A stretch of 64,000 nucleotides of DNA from Tricharina praecox. Its lineage: Eukaryota. A program made the translations under genes and the position numbers. A model generated the notes under the pieces. The model did not search any database and was not told the DNA's origin. It saw only the letters and a program-made list of their open reading frames with translations. Where the stretch lies: assembly GCF_024521635.1 (NCBI RefSeq), contig NW_026250414.1, forward strand, positions 682,001-746,000. Reading direction: 5' to 3'. Positions 12,266 through 23,613 of this stretch are shown here, piece by piece (the first letter of the stretch is position 1; every line of letters begins with the position of its first letter).

Positions 12266-12727
12266 TTCGAAGCAATTCGAAGTGGTTGTATTTTGGATAT
12301 ACAAGTTGATCCTCTTGCGCTCGAAAGCTTCCTCGATTGATTTCTGTAAGTATTCCGTCCGTATGTAGATGGGGATAATGTTGGGTTTTGAATCATCGTA
12401 GGCTAGTCCGGTGGATGTCGGTTTCAGCAAACACACTGGCTTGCTACATCACTCGTGGAGGGTCGAATCAGAGGGAGCTGGCGATTGACTCTGCGGAGCC
12501 CTAAAGTGGTAATTGTTTTATGGTTCTCCCCAACCAGGAACACTAGCATATGTGCTTCGACCCAACACTTTTCTCTCTCTTTCTCTTCAACCCTCCAACC
12601 TTCTGCTTCTCCAACATCTACCTTTCTGTTCCTCCAACTCAACAAAACAGAAACCACAATCGCATTCGGATACCTCCACCATGTCCGGCAGCAAGTTCCT
12701 CCTCCGTGGCGATTGCAGCGGGTCGTC

Positions 12728-14493
12728 ATGAAGCCACAATCTGTCTATCTATACCTATAAAGGGCAGTGGTGAGGCGTTTTACGGTGGCGTTTTCCGTGG
12801 CTCAACCCTAAGTTTCTGGCATTATTTCACCTCGATGGAGCCAAGTAAGTTTCTACTTATACCTTAAGAGTTTCAAAGTAGATCTAATTGTTATTTAGTG
12901 GCCAAGGCGTTTCGTTTAGGTATCCGACGTTATAACAACTTGCTTTCCATGACATCGCTCGGGACCAAAGAAGATGCCTTTCGACCCAGAGACGGTGGAA
13001 TTTTTTAGTTTCGTATTAAAGGCGCCCTACATCACAGAATTGGTCCAATGATCGCATCCCAGGGAGTCCAACTATGATTTGCACAAATTTACATTCATGA
13101 TCCCCACGATCTTGATTGGCAATTGGAAAACCGTCTTGGCGTCTTTCACGACAATTCCGTGGATGCTCAGGTGTTGCAGGAGCTGACAGACATGCTCTAT
13201 GCGCATAATCCATTGATTCAGACCTGGCGTACGGCTGGAGAAGTCTTGACTGACAACCCAGAGCAACCTGTTGCTTTGCAGTTGCGCATGCTGGATATTA
13301 CGAACCGGGATCCCAGAACTTACAATAGACCAACAGCCGATGAAATCGATGTTTTGATTGTTGGTCTTGGAGAAGAGGAATTCGATCATCGCGATATCGT
13401 TCTGCACCATCGCAATCCCGAAGAAAGTTATCGAGGATTGAGGCACGTCACCGGATTAAGCTCTCTTATCTTCCTTTGAGATATGTGTTGCTTTTGATAA
13501 ACGGCGAGTAATGTTGGAGACCGGATATACCATTGAAGGACAATGAAGAAGCCGGTCCAGCAGATCGCGATGAACATGGTGTGGAAAGGGATTCCGAGCA
13601 GTTGAGTCTTGCCAGAGCTCGAAACCCGAATACAGGCAGAGGTGGAACACGACACTTTACTCAGGCGATTGACTTTACATTAAGTGGCGCTGGCCTAATG
13701 ACCACACACCGTGTGTTCGCCACACGGGTGTTTACTAGTCCTACACTGAAGAGCGTAAGTAAGTTTCCACTCCTAGATTGCCGTCTACACCGGCCTTTCA
13801 GCCGTTGCACTCCCAGAACCAGCTACTGACCCCATAGCTAGACGGGGAGCAAAGCGTCGTCGCGAGACGATGGCGGCTCACCATCACGACGGGCCTAGCC
13901 AGCCCGTGGCGAAGCGAGCAAGGGGTGCTAGCCGCACAGAAACGCCGGGTGCTCCCTTCGCTCTGCCAGAGCCGGATGTTGAAGATGCCCTGGCACAGTT
14001 TCCGTCGGCCTCATTGCTGAACGGAACTTCTCGGCCTCTGGGACTCACACGCCAGAAGCCGTTCGCGCAGCGGACCGGGCGCTGGGCCAGGGGAGGATAC
14101 TATCGCGGCGGACAGAAGCCGGTTGTTCAACCCGTTGGACAACCGGAACTTGCTATGGTTCCTGGCATAGCAGGGCTTCCCGCTACCGCAATGTCCACCA
14201 AAACCGGTGCGACTTCGGAGCACGACGCCATCCCTGTTCCTCTCGAGACAGTTGTCGTCGTCGTCGTCGTCGCCGCTGCCGCCGTCAACGCCACCGATGT
14301 GGAGAAGGCCCGGGAGTCTTTCGTGCGGAGCTCGTTCGCTGCAGTCGTGGCCGCTTCGGCCCCTCGACTAGCAACAGCAAGCCCTCGACCAGCAGGCTCG
14401 ACGGTCGCTACGGCCGCTCGTCCTGGTCTAAAGACCAGGCGAGCGTACCGCCGCTGGCTCGACTTCTCGGAGCTCCCATCCACTCCTCATTGA
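12728..14493 (+). pseudogene. Hypothetical gene interrupted by the Helitron (MKPQ|SYTEE, intron, PRRGAKRRRETMAAHHH...)
   Basis: Excising 12740-13738 and the GT-AG intron 13755-13837 (GTAAGT...CTGAC...CATAG) joins ATG 12728 in frame to the 207-aa ORF at 13870-14493. Confidence 0.5.
12740..13738 (+). mobile_element. Internally deleted non-autonomous Helitron, 999 bp
   Basis: 5' end A|TCTGTCTATCTATACCTATAAAG. 3' hairpin CCGTGTG-TTCGC-CACACGG (13709-13727) followed by CTAG|T (13735-13739). Internal RepHel N-terminal relic: FRLGIRRYNNLLSMTSLG, FAQIYIHDP, RTYNRPTADEI, RDIVL, LRYVLLLINGE. Confidence 0.88.
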
Positions 14494-14754
14494 GGAAGCA
14501 CTGCCCTGGCTTCGGCCAGCGGTTAGTGTTTAGCAATAGTGGTGAGAGGGGTTTTTTCTTTTTTTTCTTTGTTTTTTCATAGCAGGACTGACCATGAGAT
14601 GAATAACAATTTTTTTTCTTCCAAAAGCACTGGAAAACTCACGCCAAAGTAAAGGCTCAGTGGAAGAAGAGAACGTGTGGGAATGTGACGTGATGTGTGT
14701 GTAGGCAAAACGAGTTTCTGCTAACAGAATGAGGAACTGGTAAGGAAGCTCGCC

Positions 14755-15100
14755 CACTACACGGCGGTGTGGTATCGTTAGGGATCTTCGATACGTTTAG
14801 ATCTTACCTTTGTATTTCTTACCCTTTCTCAATAACCTTCTAGGTATCTTCAATTCAACCAGCTAATTTACATGCGTTCCCAAGGTAAAATTTTGAAGAC
14901 TAATTCCACTCCTTATCAGTCGCTCAATATAGGTAGTACATGGCGGTATGGTTGGGATCTTCGATACGTTTAGATTTTACCATTGTATTCTTGACTTCTT
15001 CTAAGTAACGTTCTAGGTACCTTCAATTCAACCAGCTTTTACTTAGATACATGCGTGCCTCAACGTGAAATTTTGTAGACTGGTCCACACTTTATCACTC
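14755..15100. repeat. Diverged tandem duplication, two units of about 175-180 bp
   Basis: GGGATCTTCGATACGTTTAGAT...TTCTAGGTA(T/C)CTTCAATTCAACCAGCT...AAATTTTG occurs twice, at about 14780 and 14954. Confidence 0.85.
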
Positions 15101-17000
15101 GGGGTTTTTCAGCATGTCAAATCATGAACTCGCTGAAAATGGAAAAGGCTGAATACCATCACAGGTGTATTTAGAAGTTTAACCTTGCACAGACCTTTAT
15201 CATGGGCGGCGGCGACAGGCGGCCATCGTTGTGCGAAAATAAGTACAGGGACAACTCCTCTTCAGGTTCGGACTGCAAGAGCGCCGGGCATGTTCGTCTT
15301 ATGCCCCAAAGTTCTACAACTACCACAACTACCACAACGATGCCGTGTTGTAGATATTCTACTCGTGGTTACCTGATGCTCTTCTGGATGTCCTGCTTGA
15401 ACCACAAGCACGCTCGCTCCCGCCGTCGTTTACCAATAATTATGTACTTTGACGATACTGTCCAGAGTGGGGCGCTCGCGCAACATGTCCGGCACTCGCG
15501 CACTATGCCCGCTCACAGTCACCAGAAGAGCACAAGACTCTGGCCGCCTGTCGCCGCCTATCGCCGCCATACGTAGATGTCGGTGGGTCACATTTCTACC
15601 CCTGTCATTTGTCTAGGGGTTCTTCTCGATGCCGGGGGGTGCCGCACTACTTAGGCTGAGTAACGCATGGTTACAACGTGGCGAGGAAACGAGTCCATGA
15701 TCTAGATAAGCTGCAAGGATGAGAAGGACATGCATGTCCACTTGCAGCTACTGTAGTTATCCGAGCTTTTTGGCTGAAGAATTGAAGCCTATGTAGCTAA
15801 ATACTTACGTTGGACTTCCTGAGCAGTGTGAAGTAGGGACGTCGGCAGGACTGTACCCAAGGAGGATGGAAAGGGGGGAGAAATCAGGATGAGCAGGAGG
15901 GACGAGGCGAGCGATTCGTCCGGAGCGGAGGAGCACGGTAAGTATGCATTGTGCGACGTTCATTTGACTCTATTCTATTCGTCTGGCGGCCTTGCCGGAT
16001 TCGGCGAACAGGTGTCTGGGAGTCCCGTCGGGACGCCTTAGGGCGAATGTGCAATGGTGGGCACCTGGAACAGAAAACGGCGTGCACCAGTGTTTTGGAA
16101 CTGTCATGAGACCAAGGTCCATTCTCGAATGGAGAATGGGGAATCATGAAACACTAATCACGAAACATAAAAAATGAAGAAAATATAGAGGAGCAGATGC
16201 CAGAAGTGTCGCCGCGTCACTCAATCTGCCATACAGCAATCCTCACCACTCGGTCGCGTTTCACCGATACAGGAACGTTGCTCTTCCATTGGCATTTCGA
16301 ACCAGGCATGAGCTTGAGAAGCCGGGGCGAGACACAACTATCGGACATGTACTCAGTGCAGGCAACAGCCCGAAAAGCCCATGGGCTGGGCTGGGGCTGG
16401 TGGGCTGATCCGATAGCCCGGGCTGGCGCCGATGGGCTGTTGCCTGCACTGCATGTACTCGCAGTCACGGCGCCGGGAAATCTTTGTGCGTCACTGCTGC
16501 AATCCGTGGCTCAGCTGCTGTTCCATTGGTCGAGAAGCGGCTGAGCCACAGATTGCAGGGGGTGCGGGGTTCGCAGACTTTTCGGAGCTGCGAGTCGGTA
16601 CATACTCCACATATCTACAGACTCCAGAGAGCATGGAACACTAGCATAGAAGCGACGTTCACCGATTTCAGCCGTCCCGGGTCTCCCCTCCGCCCCCACT
16701 TCCCCGAGCCTAGGCCTCAAGTTGACCACAGGACGCCACGAGTCTCATCGTCGCCAACCCCATCTTCCACTCTGGCAGAAATCTATCCTGCGCACCGGAA
16801 GTCCCCACCATCTCGGATTGCACAACAGTCGAGAGTCCACGGCGAGTCTTCTTACCGCGACTCGCGATTGGCATAGCTTCTAGTTGGTGATGCAGGGGAT
16901 CTGCATCAGGAAAAAAATTATCCGTTGGGGGCGTGTAGACGTTCCTGACTCTGGTAACGCTGGGAATGCTAAGGCGCTATTGCATATTATGAATGCCTGT

Positions 17001-17095
17001 CATCTCCAGTGTGAACGACCAATGACCAGTCATTTCCAGTATGAACGACCAATGCCCAGTCATTACCAGTATGAACGACCAATACCCAGTCTATT
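17001..17095. repeat. 30-bp tandem repeat, 3 copies
   Basis: Unit CAT(C/T)(T/A)CCAGT(G/A)TGAACGACCAAT(G/A)(A/C)CCAGT. Confidence 0.85.
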
Positions 17096-17218
17096 TCATG
17101 TATGATTGGAGACACCGAAAACCGTCTGCGCTGCCTCTCGTTGGAGTAGTCAACCATCCAGAAATTCCTACTGTGCACGGTGTTTACGAGTAGGCAATAT
17201 TTCCTGCGTATTTCAGCG

Positions 17219-17467
17219 GACGAGCAGGACGAGCAGGACGAGCAGGACGAGCAGGACGAGCAGGACGAGCAGGACGAGCAGGACGAGCAGGACGAGCAGG
17301 ACGAGCAGGACGAGCAGGACGAGCAGGACGAGCAGGACGAGCAGGACGAGCAGGACGAGCAGGACGAGCAGGACGAGCAGGACGAGCAGGACGAGCAGGA
17401 CGAGCAGGACGAGCAGGACGAGCAGGACGAGCAGGACGAGCAGGACGAGCAGGACGAGCAGGACGAG
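17219..17467. repeat. Perfect 9-bp tandem array, (GACGAGCAG) x27 plus a partial unit
   Basis: Read directly from the sequence; it accounts for the DEQ, RTS and PAR repeat ORFs. Confidence 0.98.
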
Positions 17468-17744
17468 GAAACGGGCGAAGAGGCGCTATTCGGTCGGGAC
17501 AGGAAGGGCGAGGAAGAGAAGAGACAGATCGCATTCGCGGTGCTTCCAGTGGAGTATTCGCCCGTCCTACCTTTTTACCCGATGCGTTGGGTGACGTCAG
17601 CATGGCGCGGTCCAAAGCCTAGCAGCCTACTGTCACGTGTGGCAAGAACCATATTCGTCTATCACCTATCATACCAGAGCAATGTCGCGCGCCGGTGTCC
17701 CCAACCTACTATTTATCGGCAGCGACGAGATGACACCATCTATG

Positions 17745-18540
17745 AGTTGACGGAACGGACACGTTGACCGTACCAATGAGTCAAGGAACGGAAGAGGTGA
17801 ACGCACAGAGGTTTCGACAGAGTGGCCTAGTCAGGGAGCGGAAGAGTCAAGTGGCGGGGAAAGACAGGGCACGGAAGAGTTGAGGGCATGAAACAGTTGA
17901 ATTGACGGCCCGACGACGGCACGGACGAGTTGACCGCATGTCAGAGTCAAGGGAGCGGAGGTGTTGGGGGAGCGGAGGTGTTGGGAGAGAGGAGGAGTTG
18001 AGGGAACGGCTGGTCAAGGGCGAGGCTGGGGAAGAGTCGTGTGAACGGGCCGGTCAAGTGCGAGGCTGGGGAAGTGTCCAGGGAGCACGGCAAGGCCGGG
18101 GAATAGTCGAGGGAGCCAGGCGAGGCCGCGGAAGAGTTGTTCGAACAGCTAGTTGAGGAGGGCGAGGCTGGGGAAGAGTTTTGGGAACGGGCTAGTCGAG
18201 GGCGAGGCCGGCGAGGCCGGCGAAGAGCCCCGGCAGCACGGCGGGGGCGCGGAGGAGCCGAGGGAACGGGCTGGCTGAGGGCTAGGCTGGGCGAGGCTGG
18301 GAAAGAGTCTAGGGGGCACGGCAAGGCCGTGGAAGAATTGTTGGAATAGGTAGTCAAGGGCGAGGCTGGGGAACAGTTGTGGGAACGGGCCGGTCAAGGG
18401 CGAGGTAGGCCGAGGCCGGGGAACAGTTGAGGGAACATTCTGAGGTCGCGGAAGAGACCAGGGAGCGGGAGCGAGGCTGGGGAAGAGTTGTGGCAACGGG
18501 CCAGTCAAGGGCGAGGCTGGGGGAAAGTTGTGGGAGCGGA
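17745..18540. repeat. Degenerate purine-rich minisatellite (about 36-40 bp unit)
   Basis: Recurrent GTCAAGGGCGAGGCTGGGGAAGAGTTGTGGGAACGGGC-like units, roughly ten between 18010 and 18540, with more degenerate relatives to the left. Confidence 0.8.
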
Positions 18541-19522
18541 CGGGGTGTAAATACTACATACCATTGTCCAGATAGGCCACATGCAAGCAATGAATAACAC
18601 AAAACTCCCACTGATTTCTAGGTATGATGTTTCTCCCAACAGCGTTCCAACGAACGTTCGAACACCCACCCCAGCTGACGTCGTTCACAGGGAAGACGGT
18701 GGCATGGGTCAGTTCACACGCTTTCAACTCACTCGACGCGCCGAACGTCGCACGTTTTATGAGCGACGCCGACTCCGTTCATAGAGAATTTTTTTTTCCT
18801 GATGTGTGGTGCCGAAACCGAAGCATGTATGTAGGTAAGTGGAGTACCGTACCGTAGCCGTTCGGCCCCGTGTCAGCGTCAGCGTCAGCGGACTTTTCCG
18901 ATTGGTATCGCTACTATACAGTAGATCCTGCAGATATATAATTGTGGGTGTGGGGGCCAAAATAAATAGGTATGTAGATATGCGAATCCAAGTAAATCTG
19001 GTAGGTGCCAGGTGGTCGTGGGCGATCTTAGATCTAGGCGCATCCTCGTGGTGGTGGTGGTGGTGGTGGTGGTGGTGGGCTGCGATGGAGATGTATTTCC
19101 GAGGAGCGAGCAGTTCGATCCGAGGGATATGTATGTATTATATGTGCATTGGGAACGAGAGCAGCGGACCCCATCCCGGAGATACCTATCGAATTGATGG
19201 AGCCGGAGCAAAAGAAATTCGGTAGGTATAATGCAAAGCCAGCCAATCGCTCATCCACCAGTAGCTGGGCCCAGAGATCTCCTCCTCCTTGCATTCGTAC
19301 CTATTCCTCACCGCTCCCCGACCCGCGAATCATTTCGCAACATGGCAATATATGCTCCCGCTTTGGTCGCCGCCTGCGGCTACGGGGGGGCACATCGACC
19401 AGCTAACTGGCCGACCCATCACCGACCGCTCACTGACCACCAACCAGCCAACTGAACGAGCTACCTACCTAACCGGTCTTCCAAACAATGCTCAATTAGC
19501 CCGTACTGCCGAACAATTGAAG

Positions 19523-19577
19523 GGCAGGTATCAATGGCAGGTATCAATGGCAGGTATCAATGACAGGTTTCAATGGC
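19523..19577. repeat. 13-bp tandem repeat, about 4 copies
   Basis: GGCAGGTATCAAT units. Confidence 0.85.
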
Positions 19578-20473
19578 GACCGTGCATCTCAACGCAAAAA
19601 GAAAAAGTGACGGATGGTCTTGGATGGAAGGTAATGCCGCATCAGTTTACTCGATCTGATGGATCGGAAATTGTAGTGTTGTGGACGTCGAGATTGCTCG
19701 GCAGCACAGGCAAAATCAGTGACCATCGGCGGGTCGACCGGTCTGATCGCATCGCCCGGGTAGCTACCATATCTAGAGCACAATGAGCTATCGTAATTCT
19801 GGGAGGGGCGCGTTCGAGAGGATGGATGCTCGACGTCGGTTGGGCAGCATGGCGATTTTCGACAAGATAGGTATCCTCAGGTGTCTTCCGGTAAGGAGCG
19901 GAGAACCTGCGGGCAAACGCGCGCTCGTTGTCCGATATTTTTGCCGCAGTGCTTCGATTGAAGACTCCGGATGCTTTCATTATCGCCACTAGAATGCTGT
20001 CGGATCAGTGTCCCAAATCAATTAGAAAACGAAGTCATAAATCTGACAGGAGGAGAGCCTCTACATGCCGTAGATGCTGCTAATGAATGGTCACGGGATT
20101 GGTAGCATAATGTCGCTGACTCTGGCTGGACAAGCCCGAAGGGACAGACCTAGAATTCAGAGTACCACTCGAAATTGGTGCCGACGGCTGCTGTAGATGT
20201 GACCACCAATACAGATGGCGAGAGTCTTGGGAAGTCCGAAGCACAGATGAACTCTGCGAGCATGGGCGGCCATCCATTACGTCACACGATCTAATCGATC
20301 TGCGACTAGTTATATTAGGCAGCGGCAAGTACCGCATTCCGCACCCTCCTAAACTAGCACGCGGCAACCAAATTAGCCCCGATCCCGTCCGCCTCATCCG
20401 CACCGGCGCACCGGCGCACCCACCCAACCACCTACCCGCCCGCCCGCCTCCGCACTCCACTACCACCGCTCCA

Positions 20474-21046
20474 ATGGCGCCCACCGCCAAATCCAAGCCG
20501 AAGCCCACCAACTGGCCGTCCACACTCCCGTACCTGACTGCCCCCCTCCTCAGTCCCGTGCTCACCCGCCGTCCCACTTCCCCCACCATCGCCTCGCTGA
20601 ACCTCCACACGCCCACACCCACCTCCTCACCATCAGCCCTAGTCCGTATCAAGCCGATCACTACCCCCTCCCACCCCGCATGCGGCCAGTCAGGCCTCTT
20701 CGCGACGCGCACGCTCGCCGCGCGCTCGTGGGTGCTCGACTACCTCGGCGTGTACCACACGGCGGGCGAGAGCGATCCAAACAGCGACTACGATATCAGC
20801 CTGGACCGCGAGAGCGGCGTTGCGGTCGACGCGGCGGGATGCGGGAATGAGGGTAGGTTCGTTAATGATTATAGAGGCGTTAGGGAGAGGCCGAATGTGG
20901 AGTTTGGGGATAGGAGGACGGGAGACAAGGGGGAGGGGGAAGGGCAGGCTAGGGTCGCGATTTATGTCGGGAGTAAAGAGGTTAGGAAGGGTGAGGAGTT
21001 GCTGGTTAGCTATGGGAAGGGGTTTTGGGAGGGGAGGAGGGGGTGA
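20474..21046 (+). CDS. Small SET-domain protein (putative lysine methyltransferase)
   Basis: SET motifs GQSGLFA, GNEGRFVNDYRG and VRKGEELLVSYGKGFW; 190 aa, intronless. Confidence 0.92.
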   Translation: MAPTAKSKPKPTNWPSTLPYLTAPLLSPVLTRRPTSPTIASLNLHTPTPTSSPSALVRIKPITTPSHPACGQSGLFATRTLAARSWVLDYLGVYHTAGESDPNSDYDISLDRESGVAVDAAGCGNEGRFVNDYRGVRERPNVEFGDRRTGDKGEGEGQARVAIYVGSKEVRKGEELLVSYGKGFWEGRRG

Positions 21047-23613
21047 GCTGCGCGGTGGGGCGACGGGAGAAGGCGCAGAAGCAATCGATTCGGTTCGGTT
21101 CCATCTCCCGCTCATACACATGTGTTTTTCCACATCTCGCGAATCTCTGGAACATATCACACGTACTGACGAACAGGCCGGACGCGACATCCATCCATCC
21201 CATCTGCTTCGGTAGAAGAGAGGAGGAGACGCCGGCTCCAGTCTCAGCGCCACGGACGACGCACCGCAGCCTCGCCAGCCTTGTAGGACACCCATGTGCC
21301 GATATCCAGCACTTTTGTCCGGCAGGGCGCAGCGCACTCGTGCGTCGAATCTCGATATCGCCGACAGCCCGGCAGCGCGCATCGTCAGTGCTCGTTAATT
21401 CCCAGCGCCCACCCATGTCCTTGTTCATGACCATGTCCTTGCAAATGGTTATCTCGCCGACTGCAGCAGCCGTACAGCTACCCGAGACCCAAACCCAGAC
21501 CCAAACCCAGACCCAAACCCAGACCCTATTGTTGATTCATGGTACCAGTACCAGTACATACGTGATGGGCTCAAAGCGCATGTCATGCCCATGCCCATGC
21601 CAGACACAGCAGCTCGGAAGATCCATCAACTCCGCCCTCCCGCCCTCCCGCCCTCCCGCCTCCCGCGACTAGTTGGTCTTTGGAGTCTGGGTGGGATCTG
21701 AATGTCTGGCACGCGAGGGATGGGATGGGACGGGACGGGACCAGGGACGGGACCAGCCGCGCGAGGCAAGCGCGAGGGAAGGGAGTGCAGAATTGCAACT
21801 GCCGAGTGCGCGCGCGCATGGGTGGGTGAGTGGGGCTGGCTTGCCGGTCCAAGCGCTGCGACGTTCGACTACGGTAGCACACTATGGACAAGGACGGGAA
21901 GTAGGCTTATGATCGCTTACATGCTATCGAGATCATGGCATTTTTAGTGGAAGCAGTACTGTAGGCGCTGTGGATGAGTAGATTTACTGGAGTCGTTCGT
22001 TTGAAGCGAAGCTGGCCCGTTTGTAGTAGGCCTATTGCCAGTGAAGTCAAGATGAACGAAGCCGAGAAGAGTGAAGATAGATACACAATCACCTCATATT
22101 GCCATCGTGGGAGAATCTCGTACATCGGTAGCACAGTGGGAGAATACTTGAATACTTGACATGTTTTCATCCTGCGCCCCCCGAAATATCACTCGCCTAG
22201 AGTAAGTACCGGTACATTGTACCTGCTTCCCCTCTCTCCCTCCGCCGCCGAGCGACTACGTATCACCGCCCCTCCTCACCTCCCCGCCTCCTCGCCGCCG
22301 GTCGCCACTGATCACGGCCCCTCCCCCTCCCAGCCTGCCGTCCTTCCCCGTTCCTCGCAACCTCTCATCGCCGCCGCCATAACCGTCGCACTCGCACTCG
22401 GGTATCTCCACCACCCACCGCACCCACCGCAACCACGGCACCCACGGCACCCGTCACACCCACGGCAACGACAACGGACCCCACCCTCGATTCGTCAGCA
22501 GCATCCATCCGTCGCCCCCATCTCACACGCATCTTTCGCATACTCCCTCCCTCCCGTGCCAATTGATCGGGTGGGCAGGTTACGTGGGTTGGGTACCCCA
22601 GCAAACGCCGGAAAGATACCCAGACGGGCACGCGCGCGTACCAAACAGACAGGCAGAGACACAGACAGGCGGACAGAGACCCGACCCACTGGGCCCCCCC
22701 TCCCAGTGCCCCCCATACCCCCCGGTACCAAAAGTTAATCCGCCACTTATGATCCAGTGTCCACTCACAACCCACATAGAGCACAACCCACTTGAGGACT
22801 CTAGTATCCACGTGGCGACATCCTCCACTCCACCCTGTACTCTACCCTGTATCTACCCAGTGGTTAACGTGTTGGAAAGCGCGAACTCCGCCGTATCGGC
22901 CTACCCTGTGGGGCACGGTAACGGACAGGTTCAGATTCGGGGGTGTCTTTCATACATACAAACCTAGTTGGTGGCGTCCGCACTGGCGTCTGCAGTCTGC
23001 ATATGCAGGTAAAAAACGCTGTAGATGTGTGGATGGCTGAACTCTGAACTGAAGTGGAGCGGTGGGCGGCGGAATATTCTAGAAGCCCCGTGCATGCACC
23101 CACCCATGCAGCCACTCCACCTAACTCTAGAGTATGTAGATTTTCCCCTCGAGCTAACGGGGTCAGGGTAACGTAGGATTTATGCCCCCGTCCCCCGTCC
23201 CCTCCTATCCCCTCCCACCGGATCCCCGCCGGAGGTGGACGGCGGATGCGGGCTTCACTCACTCACTCACTCACAAAATCTTCAACACCGGAACAAGAAC
23301 AAGAGAGAGGAAGAAAGAAAGGAAGGAAGGTGGGTGAATAGCATTAAAAGATCGTAGAGTTATGTGGGTCTCGTAACTAAAAACGGCATTATGAAGTCAC
23401 GTAGAAAACAGATCGGAAAAAAAAAGAAAAATCCCGGACTCCAGTGTCCAAAAACGAGTGCCTCTAGCAGCCGGTCCAACCAACCAAACCACGAACGCGC
23501 GAAACGAAGAAAGAAATGGTAAAAAAAAGAAAGAAGAGGAGAAAGAAAAACAAGAACGCCCAGTAAATAGTCCAGTCCCGTCCAGCCGATCGCAATTACA
23601 GTAATCTGCACAC

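Noticed and set aside
17106..17767. DEQ, RTS and PAR repeat ORFs
   Set aside because: Produced by the 9-bp array, with no independent coding evidence.
17745..18540. CRISPR-like array
   Set aside because: Units are degenerate and abutting with no unique spacers, there are no cas genes, and the context is eukaryotic.
21908..21940. Fifth retroposon copy (AGATCATGGCA)
   Set aside because: The match is too short and there is no A-tail.
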